The notes under the pieces: generated by a model
What the model was told of the DNA's origin: nothing
The model's database searches: none
Seen by the model: the letters and a program-made list of their open reading frames with translations, nothing else
Shown: positions 37,234 to 51,500 of the stretch, in pieces
How the letters are laid out: the number at the start of each line of letters is the position of its first letter
Numbering within the stretch: the first letter of the stretch is position 1
From: Dicyema japonicum
Lineage: Eukaryota; Animalia; Dicyemida
Direction of reading: 5' to 3'
DNA length: 64,000 nucleotides
NCBI GenBank assembly: GCA_011109175.1
Contig: RDEW01000003.1
Span: 2,181,761-2,245,760 of the forward strand
Program-made: the position numbers and the translations under genes

Positions 37234-40200
37234 ATGAATTTCGATACAGATGAATTATCAGATATCTCAGATACAGAACTAGAAAAAGAACTACAAGCAA
37301 TTTCATTAACTTCCTTCAAAGATTCAAAGTCTAAGAGACCAAAAGATAAGATTTCCTCCGATCCAGTTACCTCAGACAGTGGAGATGATGCCGATATTTA
37401 TGTTTTATTATAATCTATATAACTAGGCAGAACTGGAGGCCTTAATGAATGAAACAAAAATGGAAGATGACGTCGTTGTCAGTAACATCAAGGAATCGAA
37501 CATGGCTTCTCAAAAATTAGCTCCTCCCATTTTATTTTCTCCCTTTAACGACGAGACTACAGCCAAATCTGCAAACGAGGACACGTCAGTCCAAAATTCA
37601 CTAATTACTTTGACTGATACCCCAAATCAGAGGACAATTAAGGAGGTCGAAGGACCTAGCCTCGAAGAATGCCTCCAAATCCGGCTTTCCGTCGTCAACA
37701 AGATCTTAGCTGACGCTAGAGTGAGCAGTGATACCTCGAAAATACGTCGTCTTGAGAGAATCGTGAATGTATTACTGATTGTTGATCATAGACTTTCCAC
37801 GAGGCCTTGAAGAGCTGTAGAAACAACACGGACTATGACTACGAAAGTCTTTTCTGTCCTCCAGGATATCCAGCTCTCCCTCATAGGATCACAAAAACTC
37901 AACCTCCCAGGATCTCGGAGACTAAACCTATCAGCCAAACTCAATCTTCTGTGAGGACCGGGACCCAGGCTTTGGGCCAAACTCAGTCCTCCGTGATTTC
38001 CGAGTCTAAACAAATTATTAAGAGTTCGGAGGTTGAGGTAGAGAAGGAATTATCGATGGAGGAATGTCTTCAAATGCGAATAATGGTAATAGAAAAGAAC
38101 CTAGGGAAGGCTAGAGAAGCTAATGATACTTCTAAAGTGCAGAGATTAGGAAGAGTCATTCAAGTTTAATGAACCTCAGATTTAGACTTTCAAAGATGCT
38201 ATCAATGCCTATAGGAATAATACCGAGTTTGACTATGAGAGTTTGGTTTGCCCCCCAAACTGCCCCCAACTTCCGACTATTCGGCGTATAAAGCAAAGTA
38301 TTTTTGATATTAAAACCAAGTTAGTGCCGCGAATACCGAAATTGTAGAAAAACCAGTGAATACTCTTTCTTTGGAGGAGTCACTAAGAATGCGAATGAGT
38401 GTAATAGAAAAGAGTCTAAACGATTCTAAGAAAAGCAATGATCTTTCCAAGACTCGACGACTAGGAAGAGTTATCGATGTGAGATTTTTTTATTCTTGCG
38501 GTTGTTAGTAGTTAACTCTTGTAAATTATCAGTATTTTGCTTTCACGTTTATTAACTTCCATTATTAAAAATATTTATTTTTTGGATTTATTTATTCTTA
38601 GACTTTTAAAGAAGCCATTGATGCTTGTCAAAAGAACACCGAGTTTGACTATGACAGCTTGGTTTGTCCTCCTGGATTTGGTCCACTGCCGAAACGACCG
38701 AAAACAGGTAATAGCTAATTTTAAAAGAAGACGAATTTTTGGTTACTAAGCAGAAAGTTATTCTTCGCTGCAGGGAACTGATGGAACTAGAATCTGAGGC
38801 TAAAAAACAGAACAACACAGTTCTGCTAAATCAGCTAAATCCAATTTTACAGAAAATGCAGACTATGGTTAAAGATCTAAATGCAGGAAGGCCGATAGAC
38901 ATTTTACAGGTTTCCTACTCTTTTACCTATTCTAGCTCCCTGAGATCCCCAAGTCCGAGACTACTCAAAGTTTGGTCAAAAATCAGTTCCCGAGTTATAA
39001 AGAAGCAGTTCTCCACTGTGACAGACAATTAAAGATCCTGGACTCCGCTCTGAGTCAGGTTGACGAAAAGGGAAGCATGTACAAGAGGTCGTGTTTGTCT
39101 TGAATGTAGTCTTTCCGACCTTATGAATAACCTAAAGCAAACCAGAGACCTGCTGGCTAAGCAAGGAGTCGACTTGTCCACCCTTACGAGACAGGATATG
39201 AAGTTAAATGTCCCTGTGTAGGGATTAGGCCTTATTTTGTTAGTATTAACAGTAACTTGAGTGACTCTATGCTTGAGATTTCTTCGTTGGTTTACAAGAA
39301 CGAGGTATTCACCGATTCCACTCAAGTTTATATTAAATTTGACTGGACTTCTTATACTGTAGTCTTAAGGAAGTATTTTGTAGGCGGATAAGAACGAAGT
39401 TTTTACAAAATCCGGGACCTTAGTTGGTGGAGTAGCAGGTGATGTGGTATTTAGTACTCTTAGTTTTCAGTGACCCGACCAGAGTGGACATAAATACTAA
39501 AGGATTTAAGTTTAAGCGAGCGGTCTCTGTTAATAGGAAAGTCCAGCTTACAGTTATGAAGAAAAGTTGACGTCTATTTAATTATTAGGTGGTTATTCCG
39601 GAGTGATGAGGTCGTGGGGAAGGCCAAAGTGGCCCTGGGCCTCTTCGCAACGGACAACCAAGTCGAATGTGAATATTTTGTAATCTAAATTCATTTATGT
39701 TAGCTTTCTGCCAATAAGAAGAGCTCAGTTTCTTTTAAAATGAGTATTCGGTCTCCCGTGGAGAAAAATACCAAGGAAATTACCTTAAATTATGTTAAAC
39801 TCCCAGGAATACCCAATTTGCCCCAGAATTGCTGGTTTGTTGGTCACATTGAGATTTAGCCTGAGTGTACTGAAAATCGACATAGGAATCGTTGAAGAGG
39901 CCTCAAAGTCAGTTAAAGATCCAAAACAGTTGGAAAAGCTTCAGTCAATAAGGAATGATTTACTGAAGAAAGCACGTGACATTGAATCGTTGTTAAAAAG
40001 TCAGAATAAGAGTTATGTGATTGGTAATGATTGAATTTAACGGGTCAGAATATCTCGGAGGTCTTCAAAGGATGAGTCAGAATATTAAATTGGAGATAAA
40101 GGTCTTGCAGACATCTGGCGACCTAAGAAAGATGAAGATTCACATGGACAAGGTCAAAGCAGTTGAAGCAGAAATTGTCGCCTTATCAAAGATCGTTTAA
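37234..40200 (+). CDS. CC2D1: coiled-coil and C2 domain protein 1 (CC2D1A/B, Lgd-like): DM14 repeats plus C2 domain
   Basis: Repeated DM14 units LEECLQIRL...DTSKIRRLER...CPP; C2 end SDEVVGKAKV...MSIRSP; CC2D1A-like tail SLSVLKID...VEAEIVAL. Confidence 0.85.
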
Positions 40201-40324
40201 TCTGTTTTTTAAAATTATTTACAATTTTATTGATTAAGATTTTTATTCACAAGAACATTTTTTGAGTTTTAACTTTTTTTAAGAAAACAATTTATTAACA
40301 TAAAGTTGTTATGACAGGTCTCCA

Positions 40325-41150
40325 TTATGGCCTGCAAGTGTTGAGCACGCAATGGGAGTATCCTCTCATGATCGCGAGCCCAATGTTCTGGAGGAGCCAT
40401 CGCGTCATTCTAGGATCACCCTTTCGCAGCCCCGCAAGTCGTCCCATTAACCTGATAAAACCAGACGTGCTCAAGCCAATAACGCCAGACGTTTCAACGG
40501 AGATCGGCTGGAAAACGAACCGGTTCACGATGCCATGGTACTTCCCCCTTTTCATATATTCAGAAGTGCTCGCTGCGGAACCCGCGTGCAACGATGACTT
40601 AATGAAATTCCCATTAGAGATGCATGACAGATGGTGTAGTCCTTTTCTTTCAACTATCCCACCACATAGGCGTTCCAAGCAGACGTAAAGGCCAGCCGAA
40701 AAGCAACTCCAACGAAGATAGTATTCCCGTCAAGCAGAGTACCAACTTCCCTTAGCGGGAAGGTATTGAGCCAGGACCCGGAATTCTCAGCAGACTCTGC
40801 ATTCAGAAATCTGCGACGATGGGTATCCCAGAACTTCCAAGTTCATTTAGGTTTATCACTAAGGATATCATCCCAGTCGTTTAAGAGGTAAAATTCTTTG
40901 GAGCACCAAACCCGTTTGCTGTCCACTGCTGCACACCTCAAACCAATTCCCCCAAACCTTATCAAAGCTATTCCTGGGACCAGCTAGTACTGCAAAATAT
41001 GATATTGGGGATTTCTTCAGTCGTATGTCTGATAAGATCCTTTAGAGATTTGAGAGAATCAGACTCTTGAAAACAAGGATAACTCCGTAATGAGAAGAAG
41101 TTCATCTTGGGAACAAAAATGTTATTTTTTATTAAAAAGAAGGCGTTATT
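40325..41150 (-). mobile_element. CRE-clade retrotransposon 3' relic
   Basis: SGSWLNTFP...HHLSC...AGSAASTSEYMKRGKY...QPISVETSG...GDPRMTRWLLQNIGLAIMRG. Confidence 0.8.
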
Positions 41151-41599
41151 TGCTTAAGTCTCCCGTCAATGACGTGTCCAGGCTATGGACGGTGACAGTG
41201 CCTACAAAAATTATGCATTATAAAATAAAATAGTAATCAATATTTACGATTATAAAAATTTGATCATTTTCGATAATTTTGGATATTAACGAAATATCTC
41301 TTTCAACCGAGACAGAACTGAAAGTGCAACTGAAGATTTCCATATACTGATGGTGGGTGACTTTTATTAGAATATTTTAGTATTTCCAAAATCCTTGCCT
41401 TGAAATACTTACTAAGGGTCTGTTTTTAAGTAAATCTGTTTAAGCTCCAAAAATTATTTTTATAAGAATAATATTCGCTCTTCACATATAGTTTTCCCAC
41501 CAAAAAAATGCCTGTTTCCCCTTATTTGGTCTTTATCAATAATATATTGTCAACAATTGCAATTATTTAGTTTTCTCAATAATTAATTGGCCAACAAAT

Positions 41600-41964
41600 T
41601 CATTTATTTTTTCGGTAGAAATCTCTTGTTTCAGGTGAAAAAACGTCACAGTTAGGTAATTCCAGTTCCCGCAATAAATGAGCCATCCAACGTCTGTGGT
41701 CTCCCATTGTTTTCACTACCGTGAGAAAGAGCCTTCTCTCATCCCTGCCGAGGAATCCGATTAGGGAGGGTAGCTTTCTAACCAATCGGCTTTCTTTTGC
41801 CTTAAAAAGGATAAACTAAGCGGGTTTCCTTCCTCGGTACAGACCTGAAGGAATCCGGTTCCGCGACTACGGGTCGCAGCTTCCGTAAGTAGGGGATTAA
41901 CCGTTGATCCAGAGTGAAAGCCCATCATAGATTCGACAAATGCTTCGTAATTTTTATTGGCCAA
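41600..41964 (-). CDS. hypothetical orphan gene or gene fragment
   Basis: A 29-nt GT-AG intron joins ORFs 41761-41964 and 41600-41785 in frame. 5' end unresolved; no family recognised. Confidence 0.35.
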
Positions 41965-42439
41965 CTTATAGGATCACTGAAGTATCCGACTAGAATGTCT
42001 ATTTTAACCTATCTCATGTCATCCATAGTAAACAAAATAAGAAATACTTTTTAATTTTATATACTTAAGGCTACACGAAAAGGAGACCCTCGTGACGCTG
42101 CTGGTTATTTGAGCGAATCTCGCTCGCTATCCTGAGAGGGAATAGCCACGCAGTCAGGGCAGCTTCTATATAACCGTTACTCTATTTTCTCTCTTCAATA
42201 AAACTTTTATCATTACTTAAGGTTTTATCAACAAATTTTTTCCAAAGTTAATTACAATCGAACAATTTGAACAAAAATTGACTACAAACCAAATTTTTGT
42301 AAATTTTTAAATACAATTTTAGCATTTGGTATGTATCACTGATTCTATTTCTGGATAAGAACATTTAATGTCACCGTCCGTTGGAGGAATCCGCCGTTGA
42401 AGGAATTTTACTAATTTTCATTTTTTCGATTTTTATTGG

Positions 42440-43030
42440 ACTTATTATTATTACCCCCAGGATCACTGGGTCAAAGAGAAAGAAATAAAAGTTCTCATCT
42501 AACTAAGTGATCCCAGACCGACAAAGGAGAGGACGAATCCGGCGGGGTCGAGAATCCTGAACAGCTCTTCTCATCGGACATGGAATCGGCTCAAAATTTC
42601 TGTGATTGTAGATATTTCGATAGTGTATGGAATAGAGGGCAGCTCGGTAAACTAGCCTCCTTTAAGAGTTTCCGTTGTAATTAGATTAAGAGATTTTCAA
42701 TGGACTGGATTTTGTGTTCTGGTCCAATTGACCTATTGCAGTCTCCTCGATTGCGGATAGTTTCAATGAGAAGGATCGTGAAATCTGCCCTCGAAGGACT
42801 TACGTCATCGTTGGTGGATAAATTGTTCATGAATCGTAGCAAGGCCACCAGTTTGGTCTCTAAGTGTTTTTGAGAGCACTTTTAAAATTCTCATTTTCTT
42901 ACTTTGTTCTCAACATGTCGGATAAAGGTGAGTCCCTGATTAAAGGTGACTCCCAGAATCTTCGGTGTTTTCTTAATAGGAATGGCCTCTTTCTTGATAA
43001 AGATTTTTGGTTCGATTTTTATTGGACCTA
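42440..43030 (-). mobile_element. LINE (Jockey/I-group) 3' fragment with (TAA)n tail
   Basis: PIKKTPKILGVTFNQGLTFIRHVE thumb motif; the minus strand ends GGGGGTAATAATAATAA. Confidence 0.6.
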
Positions 43031-44069
43031 GAAAAAATATACTGAAATCTCTTAATTTCGTTAAGTTCTTGTGTTGTCAGTATAGAGAAACCCACAAGAA
43101 TGATTTATTAATTATTTTTTAAATATAATATTTTTTAGTTTTTTATTTTTTTGAAAATAAACTAGACAATTTTGGATATAAAATTTCTAGAATTTTACCA
43201 ACTAAAATTAATGAAAAAAATAATGTAAGTTCTTTAGATAATCGAGCAGACAAGCCAGGTATTGATGACCAGACTGTCTTCCATCTATGCCTTGAGGGCC
43301 TCCTCTTGGGTGGTATTGTCGGACAGGGTCGGATGTCTATCACAACCCAATTGTTTTGTTCTCGTTCATATCTCTATTTTCCTACTGCCTACTGAACAAC
43401 TCTAAGTTCGAAAAACAAGGCGAAATTCATATTGCCGAGATATTTTGATCGTGCTTTATCTAATTTTGATCTCTTTCGATATCCTCCATTTCCACCTGAT
43501 CGACTTTTTTGTAAGCGATATTGACATGAGCGTACTCGTTAGTCATGTTCTTTTTAATTTTTGATTCAGTTTGTGTCAGTTAGCTCTAATAACACAACAT
43601 TTCCCATAAAATGTTCATATCTAAACAAACCGCTGTTGATTCAGTTTTCTGACAGTTTTTGTAAACAGTCTCGTACTTGATTGGATAACCGCATGAGAAC
43701 GCACAGTGTTTACGTATTTTGATTTTGCCGCTATTAACTACCGAGTGGCTAATTGGTCGGAAGGTTTAGTTTATTTATTTACCCCCGGTCCCTTCAAATG
43801 AAAGAAATCGGTTATTAAAAATGTTACAGCCAAGAGCGTACGCTCTCAGAGATCCAAGTATATTTGATTCTGAAGAGAACTAGTAGGTAGACCCGAACAA
43901 GTGAAGAGATCCCTCTTCGGTTGACAAGAAAGCACGGGATATGGTGGAGAGGACGATTGTCCAATCCTGTAAGGATATGAATATAAATTAAAGCGATGAC
44001 CACAACGTAGGCGCGCCAAGTGGACGCGAAATTATAATAGTGGAACTCTTTCAGCAATCAATGACTAAT

Positions 44070-44290
44070 TTTTATAGAATCCTTGAAAAATATTTGTTAA
44101 GAAAAGGGAATTGAAGACCCGATCTTTATTTTTGATAATGCCTGTATTCATCATTATACGGACATTAACGAATTTGAAATAGCAAACCTCCATGTTCGGT
44201 TACCCCTTACTCGCCATTTCTCAATCCAATTGAGAATTTACTCAGCACGTGAAAAAACTATGTTTTCAGAAAAAGGGCTGAAAATGAGAA
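44070..44290 (+). mobile_element. IS630/Tc1/mariner transposase fragment
   Basis: FIFDNACIHH and, after a frameshift, PYSPFLNPIEN. Confidence 0.8.
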
Positions 44291-44744
44291 ATTTAAAAAA
44301 ATTTGTTTTTTACCTTTAAAAATTAGTAACGCTATTGGTCGGGAAACCGTATAAATTCAAAATTTTGAACTTTATGAGTAATTCAATAAAAACGGTTTTT
44401 TGCAGTTACAAGTGTGTGGCACACAAAGTTTTATTTGATATTCCCTTGTAAGTTGATAGAAAATTCGCCACGAGATTTTATAAGTCTTACACCAACCTCA
44501 CTAACTTGTAGGAGACCAGCTGCCATTAGGTGTGATACAGCAAATGTCGGTTGCTCCCATAGATCGGTCAACTTTGGCATGGTAGACGAATACTAATCAG
44601 CACAAAAAGGTGTTTTGCTGTCAATTCGGAGAGAGTGCAAAAAGAACAGTCCCCAAGCAATAACTCCATTGATTGCGGCGTGTCTAGGACTCTTTCCAGC
44701 ACTTCTCCGACAGGAGAGAGCTTGAAGACCTTTCGCGTCGACCA

Positions 44745-45355
44745 TTATCACGTGATTCCGATGCATTCTAACAGAGACCTCATCTTTGCCCGGTGTTCTT
44801 CCTTCGTGCCCGCCCATGAACGTACAGGAAGGCTGCCTGAATTTTCAAGGCCACATTCCCCTGAACTGGAGTCCAGTCTCATAAGGGCCTTAATAGGCGT
44901 AGGTCCGGTTCGGTGATTTTCACAAATCCAACGCTCCGTTACTCTGTAAGCCCTCTTTTGCATTTCATCAATTTTCCTCATATTTGTCCAAGATATGGAC
45001 GGACCCCACGAGGCGCATGCACATGAGAAACATGGCTCGATGTACTGTTTGTACACGTTCATCAAGACTGGGTGAGCACCACTCTTCCATATTCCCAATA
45101 AACTTTTCAATACGTTCAGTTTCTCGCATTTCAATAGAATGTGTTCTACGTGAGGTGTTAAACAGAGATGCATATCAATTGTCACACCCAAGATCCTTTG
45201 ACATCTGTGGAAAGGGATGCCGGCCTTGTTTAACTTCAAGGTGACTGTCTTCCTTCCCAATCTTTTGTCAGAGGTAAATAGTGACGTAGACGACTTCTCT
45301 GCATTCACCACGAGCCGGTTTTCCATTATCCAGGCATTAAGCCTTTCCAGGTTAA
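44745..45355 (-). mobile_element. Ingi/I-group LINE RT thumb relic
   Basis: 192-aa ORF with LGVTID, YKQYIEP and QKRAYR motifs. Confidence 0.8.
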
Positions 45356-45414
45356 TTTGTATTAAATTTTATTGCATAATAATTAAATGACATATTTTAT
45401 TTCAATTTCTAGAA

Positions 45415-46840
45415 TGCTTTTGTGGCGCTTGCTCTGACGAAGAGTCATTAGATGGCCGTACTCAATGCTCACATTGTTCTGCGTAAATCTAAGAAACCTG
45501 TCTAATCTGCCAACGGAGTAATGGTAGAAAGTTTGGAGTCGTTTGTGACCCTTGTCAACCATTTCACCATTTCTCTTTTTCAGGATGAGAAAAAAAATTG
45601 CAAGACCAATGGAGAGGTGGACTTCTACTTGCTACCGATTGAAGTCATCTCCAGGATGTGATATCACGCTCTCAATTTCGAATAATATCGGGACTATGTC
45701 TCATGAGGAGTTTCGAACACTCGACGCAGTAAGATTACTCCTGTTAGTATCCTTAAGGCCTGTCCTCACGATGATTTTCTCTTTTTCAGTACTCCCGCTT
45801 GACTTGGAGTCGAAGTATACCCCTCTTTTCTAAAACGTCTTTGTCAAGCCGAATGAAAGCACGGTTGACAACCTTTATGGAATCTCTGCTGGTATTATCC
45901 GCAGAGCTGTTTATACCCTTGGGGACTCCACTAACCTCATTTATTGACCAATTGTCCTCTGAGCCTGAATTGCTTCGTTCACGCATTATAAAGAAATTGA
46001 TGGAAGAGGATCTAACTCCCGCTGTTCGGAGTGTGTACCGATTCTAGCCGATGAATTGGTCTCCTGAGACAATTTCTCTCCTGGAGGAAAAGCACCTACT
46101 ATGTCAGAGGATCTTTGTAAACCCACATGTCGTTCATCTCCGATCACTCTGAAGTGGCAGTAGTGGTGGAGTTGATGGACTTAAGCCCGACATCTCAATC
46201 TGTTGGTCAGTCTGATATACTTTTATCCGGAAGAATTCTGGATCTTGTGAAGGCGTTGCTTTCTGAGACTATCTCTGATTGTGGTCGCAACTACTATTTT
46301 CTGCAAAGTTAACTGTGCTGGGGTGAAAGACAGCGGAATTCGTTCTATTACACTCTGTAACGTTTTCGGTTGACTTTTTGAAAAGATAGCTTGTGGGTAA
46401 TTGTGAGTATTCAGCCGACTTTTGTCCATTATAGCTGATGTGGGAGTCAAAGGCGAATGCAAGCTGAGGTCCAAACGGTTAGAGAGTTCGTAAGGCTATC
46501 ATTGAAGTTGAGGAGAACGTCCTTTTCAAATTTGATCTGTGAACGCTTTCAACTCGGTCAGAAAAGATATCATCCTTGATGTTTGCTTGAAAAAAAACGC
46601 CAAAAAAATATCTTTTTGTCCACCTATCATATTGGAATCCTCACCTCTCGTTTTAGAAAGTGAAATCATTCCTTCCAAGAAGGGAGTATAGCAGGATGAC
46701 TTATTTGGTCCCCTTCTTTTTTTATTGGTGGTCGTATTGTGCAAGATATTTCTACTCCCCTCAATTTATGGTACCTGGACGATTGCATCCTTGAAGGAAG
46801 CCCTGAAAATGTCTTTTCATAAGTAACCTCGATGTCCGAG
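45415..46840 (+). mobile_element. long CRE-clade relic (Cys-rich N-terminus to RT core)
   Basis: CGAC...QCSHC; LLEEKH; SGSSGGVDGLKP; KDSGIRSI; NAFNSVRKD; LNLWYLDD. Confidence 0.8.
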
Positions 46841-47039
46841 ACATGAACTAAACACAAAAAAGTTGAAGTGGTTAGCTTGAGCATGTACGTGGAATCTTCC
46901 GATAACAAATAGAGGATATTGTCCCTGATATTCCAATTAAGAACCTTCGCTTTCTTGAATTCCTTGGATGTGGAATTATTATTAAAAGCACTCCCGAGAA
47001 AACATAAATTAGTTAAGTTTCCCTTGTGTCGTATTCCTA

Positions 47040-47185
47040 ATCATCCTCTCCCTCGACCATGATCCTCCGCTAGTTCTCTTAGGTTGTCCAGATCGTCCGC
47101 CGAAGTTAGTCTCATACCAACCGCCGATAGGTCTTCGTTCAAGATAGTCGGAAATGTCGTTCTTGGTCTTCCGCGAAATCCGGCT
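47040..47185 (-). mobile_element. RTE LINE 3' fragment
   Basis: GFRGRPRTTFPTILNEDL...DLDNLRELAED. Confidence 0.7.
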
Positions 47186-48595
47186 TCTAAGAGCCGTTTC
47201 CCCCGGCATTTTTGCCTTAACATGACGTTAAAATTGCATTTTCCTCTGCTAACCACCACTGGTCTTTGGAGCCTTCTGATGGCAGATAGGATGACGACTT
47301 AATCGACAATTATTTTTGATTAAAATTTTATTTTTTTATAAGTTTTAAACAATTTGAAATAACATGAATTTTTTACTTTATTGCCAAAAAATCATAGTCA
47401 CCAATTAGTTGAAAACTTTGTGTGTCACGTGGTCAAATAAGTATAGTACCTGAAAGATCTTAAATTTTGGACATCACTTCTGTTGTGGAAAATATCTTGG
47501 GGAACAACGATGTTACTGAAAATAATTAAGAATCGACAGGATATTCAATTTTTACTAAATGTGAATATCTAAATACTATGCCATTCGCAAATATATTGTG
47601 CAACAAACGGTTCAATGACATGGTCGGTAAATATCGCGCATTTAGAGTAAATTTTACTAAAGATCCAAAACATGGAGCATCTGGTAACCGCCACCAATGT
47701 AAAACCTTATTTAATAGAAATTACTAGTAAATTACTAACATTACTATTAATAGTTATTATGTGGGGGTGATAAATTATTTACAGGGGAGAAACAATGATT
47801 TATAAGGAATACATTGAGCCATGCATTTCTTATCATGCGCCACGTCATTCATCACCTGGAAAAACACATTGAAAATCGAAACTAGCCAAAAAGAGTTAAA
47901 AATCAAGAGTGATTGACTTTTGGAGAGGTCCCCTCTCCAATACCTCTGGAATCCTAAATCATAAAGACCGGCGATTCAGTTATACGGGCGATACGTGGTT
48001 GTGTGGGGTTAAGGGAGGAGCATTTGACCAAGATGAGGTCTCTGTTGGAGTTTGCTGTGATCTCCTGAGTAGTTAGATTGAAAACAAAATAATTCAGATG
48101 TTAAAAGACTAAAATCAAATTAAGCCTGATATTGAATCGACTAAAAGTCATCAGTTCCAAGAATCACATTATATTTAATGATTATTTCATTTTAATAATT
48201 TTTTATCTACAGTTAAATGCATGAGTGAGTTATTAATTTAATAAAATTCTAAAAAAGTTAAATTCACTCATGGACGATGAAATTTCAAAATGGGCAGCGG
48301 GAAAAAAGGTCAAAAACCATAGCCTAAACAATATAATATTTGACTGTCTACAATGACGTTGATAGTGTTATAAATTCTAGAAAGTATTACGTCAGCAACC
48401 AAATAAAATATAATCCAAAAATTGAGGATTATTCTCCTTATTTTTAGTTGAAAAAAATTAAAATGTTCAACACATTGTGGTTATAATTTGATATTTAATG
48501 TATAACTATGCGGTTCAAAAATTAATTTTTTAAATATATTTTTTAATTTTATATTTTTATAATATAAAATTATAATAAATAAAATAATTAACATA

Positions 48596-51500
48596 ATGAA
48601 ATTTAAGACTTGGAAATACAGAAATGTATACACCAATACCCCCCACAATAATGTCTGTCTTTGTATTTAACGTTAGGATATAATCAAAGATATTCAGATC
48701 TGTTCTGATCTGACCAGTAATTTTTATGGCTCCCAAATCAAGTCAAATGACAATTTTATTGCCTTTCTTACTTCAAAAAATAGTAAAATATCTTATAATT
48801 GAAGGACGGTCTCTGAGTGTACTCGAAATTTCGCCACGTGGAAAGAGTCCATCGAGGAAATTTGGAGTCGGGTGTGGTGATGTCAACGATTTTGATTTTA
48901 ACCCCTGCAATTCTAACCAAATTTTTGCCAGCTCATCAGAACAAGTTTGTATTTACGACGTTAACCAACCAAATTGTCCACTTTCTTCAATTGACGCTTC
49001 GGCTAATTTGCTCCGACCAAACACGCACGTGGACGGACTTGTCTTTGGATCATCCCAATCTAAAGCTTTTCTGATTGATTTTTGTAGTGGAGAAAAAATA
49101 GGTCAATTAATGGAATTGAATTTAGAGCTTCCTCATTCCGAATCCCCGTTCTGTGGGGGTGGCTGGAATCTTAATCATGGTTGCCATTCCCTCGTGCTGA
49201 CTACTAAAAATGGGAAAGCGGCAATTATGGATGCCAGGTCAAAGTCATTATTCGTTGGAATAATTTTAATTCCAGACTTTCGACCCTGAATATCGTCAGG
49301 GGGTCAACTCAGCCTTATGGTTTTCATCAGACTATATTTTGACTTCTGGGTTTTCAAAGGTAAATCAACCACTTGTACTTAGAAATCACATTCAGTACAG
49401 GTCAACATCTTCGACGTCCGAAACACAGCAAGCTCTGTCTCCTCTTCTGATATAACTGGGAGATCAAAGTAAAACTTGTTATACCGATAGTCCTTTGAAA
49501 TTTCTATACGACCAATATACTTCGATTTTGTTTTCATTCTCGAGGGTACATTTTGGGGTGATTAGCATTAGGGGAGAACTCAATTTTACTTTCCCAATTG
49601 GAGGAAACTAATCCCTCATTCGAAATCGGTTCTTGTCTATTTTAACTCAGTTTCAATGTTTATTTGCCCCGAATCGATCAAAGACGTAAGTCTTACTGGA
49701 AAAAGGGCCCTCAAAGTCACAGAGTTTGAGATAGACAGACTCAACGTCCTCACAACCGATTCCATAATTCCGTTGGAATACAAAATTCCGCACAAAGTTG
49801 TATGATTAATAAACAGTATGACGGGGAATTTAAGGAAGAATATTTTCCAGATATATTTGCCGCCGAACCTTGCCAAAGCTTTGATGAATGGAGAGTCTCT
49901 AGTGATCCAATGCAGGTCTTTGTATGCTAAAATTCATCAGAGAACAAAAATATCGCTGAGGCCTGTTAAAAATCAAGATGAAGCAAAGGATGAACCCTTA
50001 GGCACTAAAGGAGATCTCTGTGAAGTTACCAAACCGGTAGAAGCCAAACAAGTGACACAAAAATTATGTCCAACCACCAGTAAGTCAACCTTAACATGTC
50101 CTTAATTAGCTACCTTTAAGTCACGACTCTTGAATGTGTATTTGTACCCTGAATACACAAGTATATCAAAGATAACCAACTCAACAGTCAACATGGGACC
50201 CCAATCTTCCTCATTTGCTATTTCCTTTTCCCCTGGGGTCAAAAATCGCCAGTATTTTGCAATTCCAGTGTCCCCGTCACAATCTGTTCAAGTCAGGATA
50301 CTCCCTGTAATCTGTCCATTCACTCCAAGTTGAACGACTGTGGACGAGTAGACTCAACCCCTTACGTTAACATCATTGAACGCAGCTCATCAGCCACAGA
50401 ACTGGCAGCGGATCCTCACGATACAAATGTCCTGGCCATTGGTTACCTGTAATTCGGAATGATTAGGGTATTCTGACTCGACAATCGGACTTTGGAGGGT
50501 ATCCGATGATTTGAGGACAAACGTACTCCTCGGACTCCTGGAACATGGAAATGACACAAAAATTTCAATTTTGTCCTACAATCTGTACGCAAACAGTATT
50601 ATGGCCTCTTCCGACATTTCCAAAAATGTCGCTATATGGGATACACGTGGTAAGACATTGCTTTGTAGGTTCAAATTGGAAAAGCAGGCATAATGAGTAT
50701 TAACATTAGTGTATGGCTCTGGCATGGAGTCATTGTGGATATCGTCTTTGTTGTCTGGATGACGGTGGGCGGTTGTCCATACATGATTGGGAAAGGGGGG
50801 AAATGAAATTGGTCATTTTTGATGTAACTGTAGACACAAAGTGCTGAAATAACGGGAGCAACAAAGTGGGGGAGATGTGCCTGGGATATAAAGGACAACT
50901 TTATAGTAATATCAACTTTTTCGAATCAGTTTGCCTTTTTGGCGCATTTAGAATCCGAGGGAGAGTCTTATTAGTGGTGTCCGTCAAAAATAACCTCAAA
51001 GTCCTCAATCGGGTGGAGTTCGACAACGGTGTATCACCAATGTGTATTTTCATGGATGCGGACACAAATTTCATCATTCTAAGCTCGAAGGGAGAGAAAA
51101 CGATTAATATGGCCTTTCTGGAGTGCATCAACGAGCATGAAGCTCGACTAGAAAGGATAAAAGGGGAAATGATCTCGAAAGAGTATCAACATATAGAATT
51201 TATACCAAAATGCGAGTGTGACGTAAAAAAGGTGGAGATAATGGTGGGGTACGTATTTACTGGGAATTCAATCAACAAAATTTCCTTTAAAATGACCCGG
51301 AATAGGGTTTTTGTGCGTAAAGACAAATAGATGGAGTACTTTCAAGACGACGTATATATACCCACAGCAGTCAAATGGGAACCAACAGTCTCCACTGACG
51401 AATGGATTAATAAAGTATCGAAGCCATATAGGTATCATTCTCTGGCTCCCCCTGGGATGGCTTATCGTGTTACTGTGACCTAATTTTAAGTGAGTGAGGC

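Noticed and set aside
44490-44590. ~100-nt repeat shared with 57695-57785
   Set aside because: The similarity is real but there are no diagnostic features. Likely more TE debris.
48270-48360. MDDEISKWAAGKK after an AT tract, faintly auxilin-like
   Set aside because: No plausible spliced continuation.
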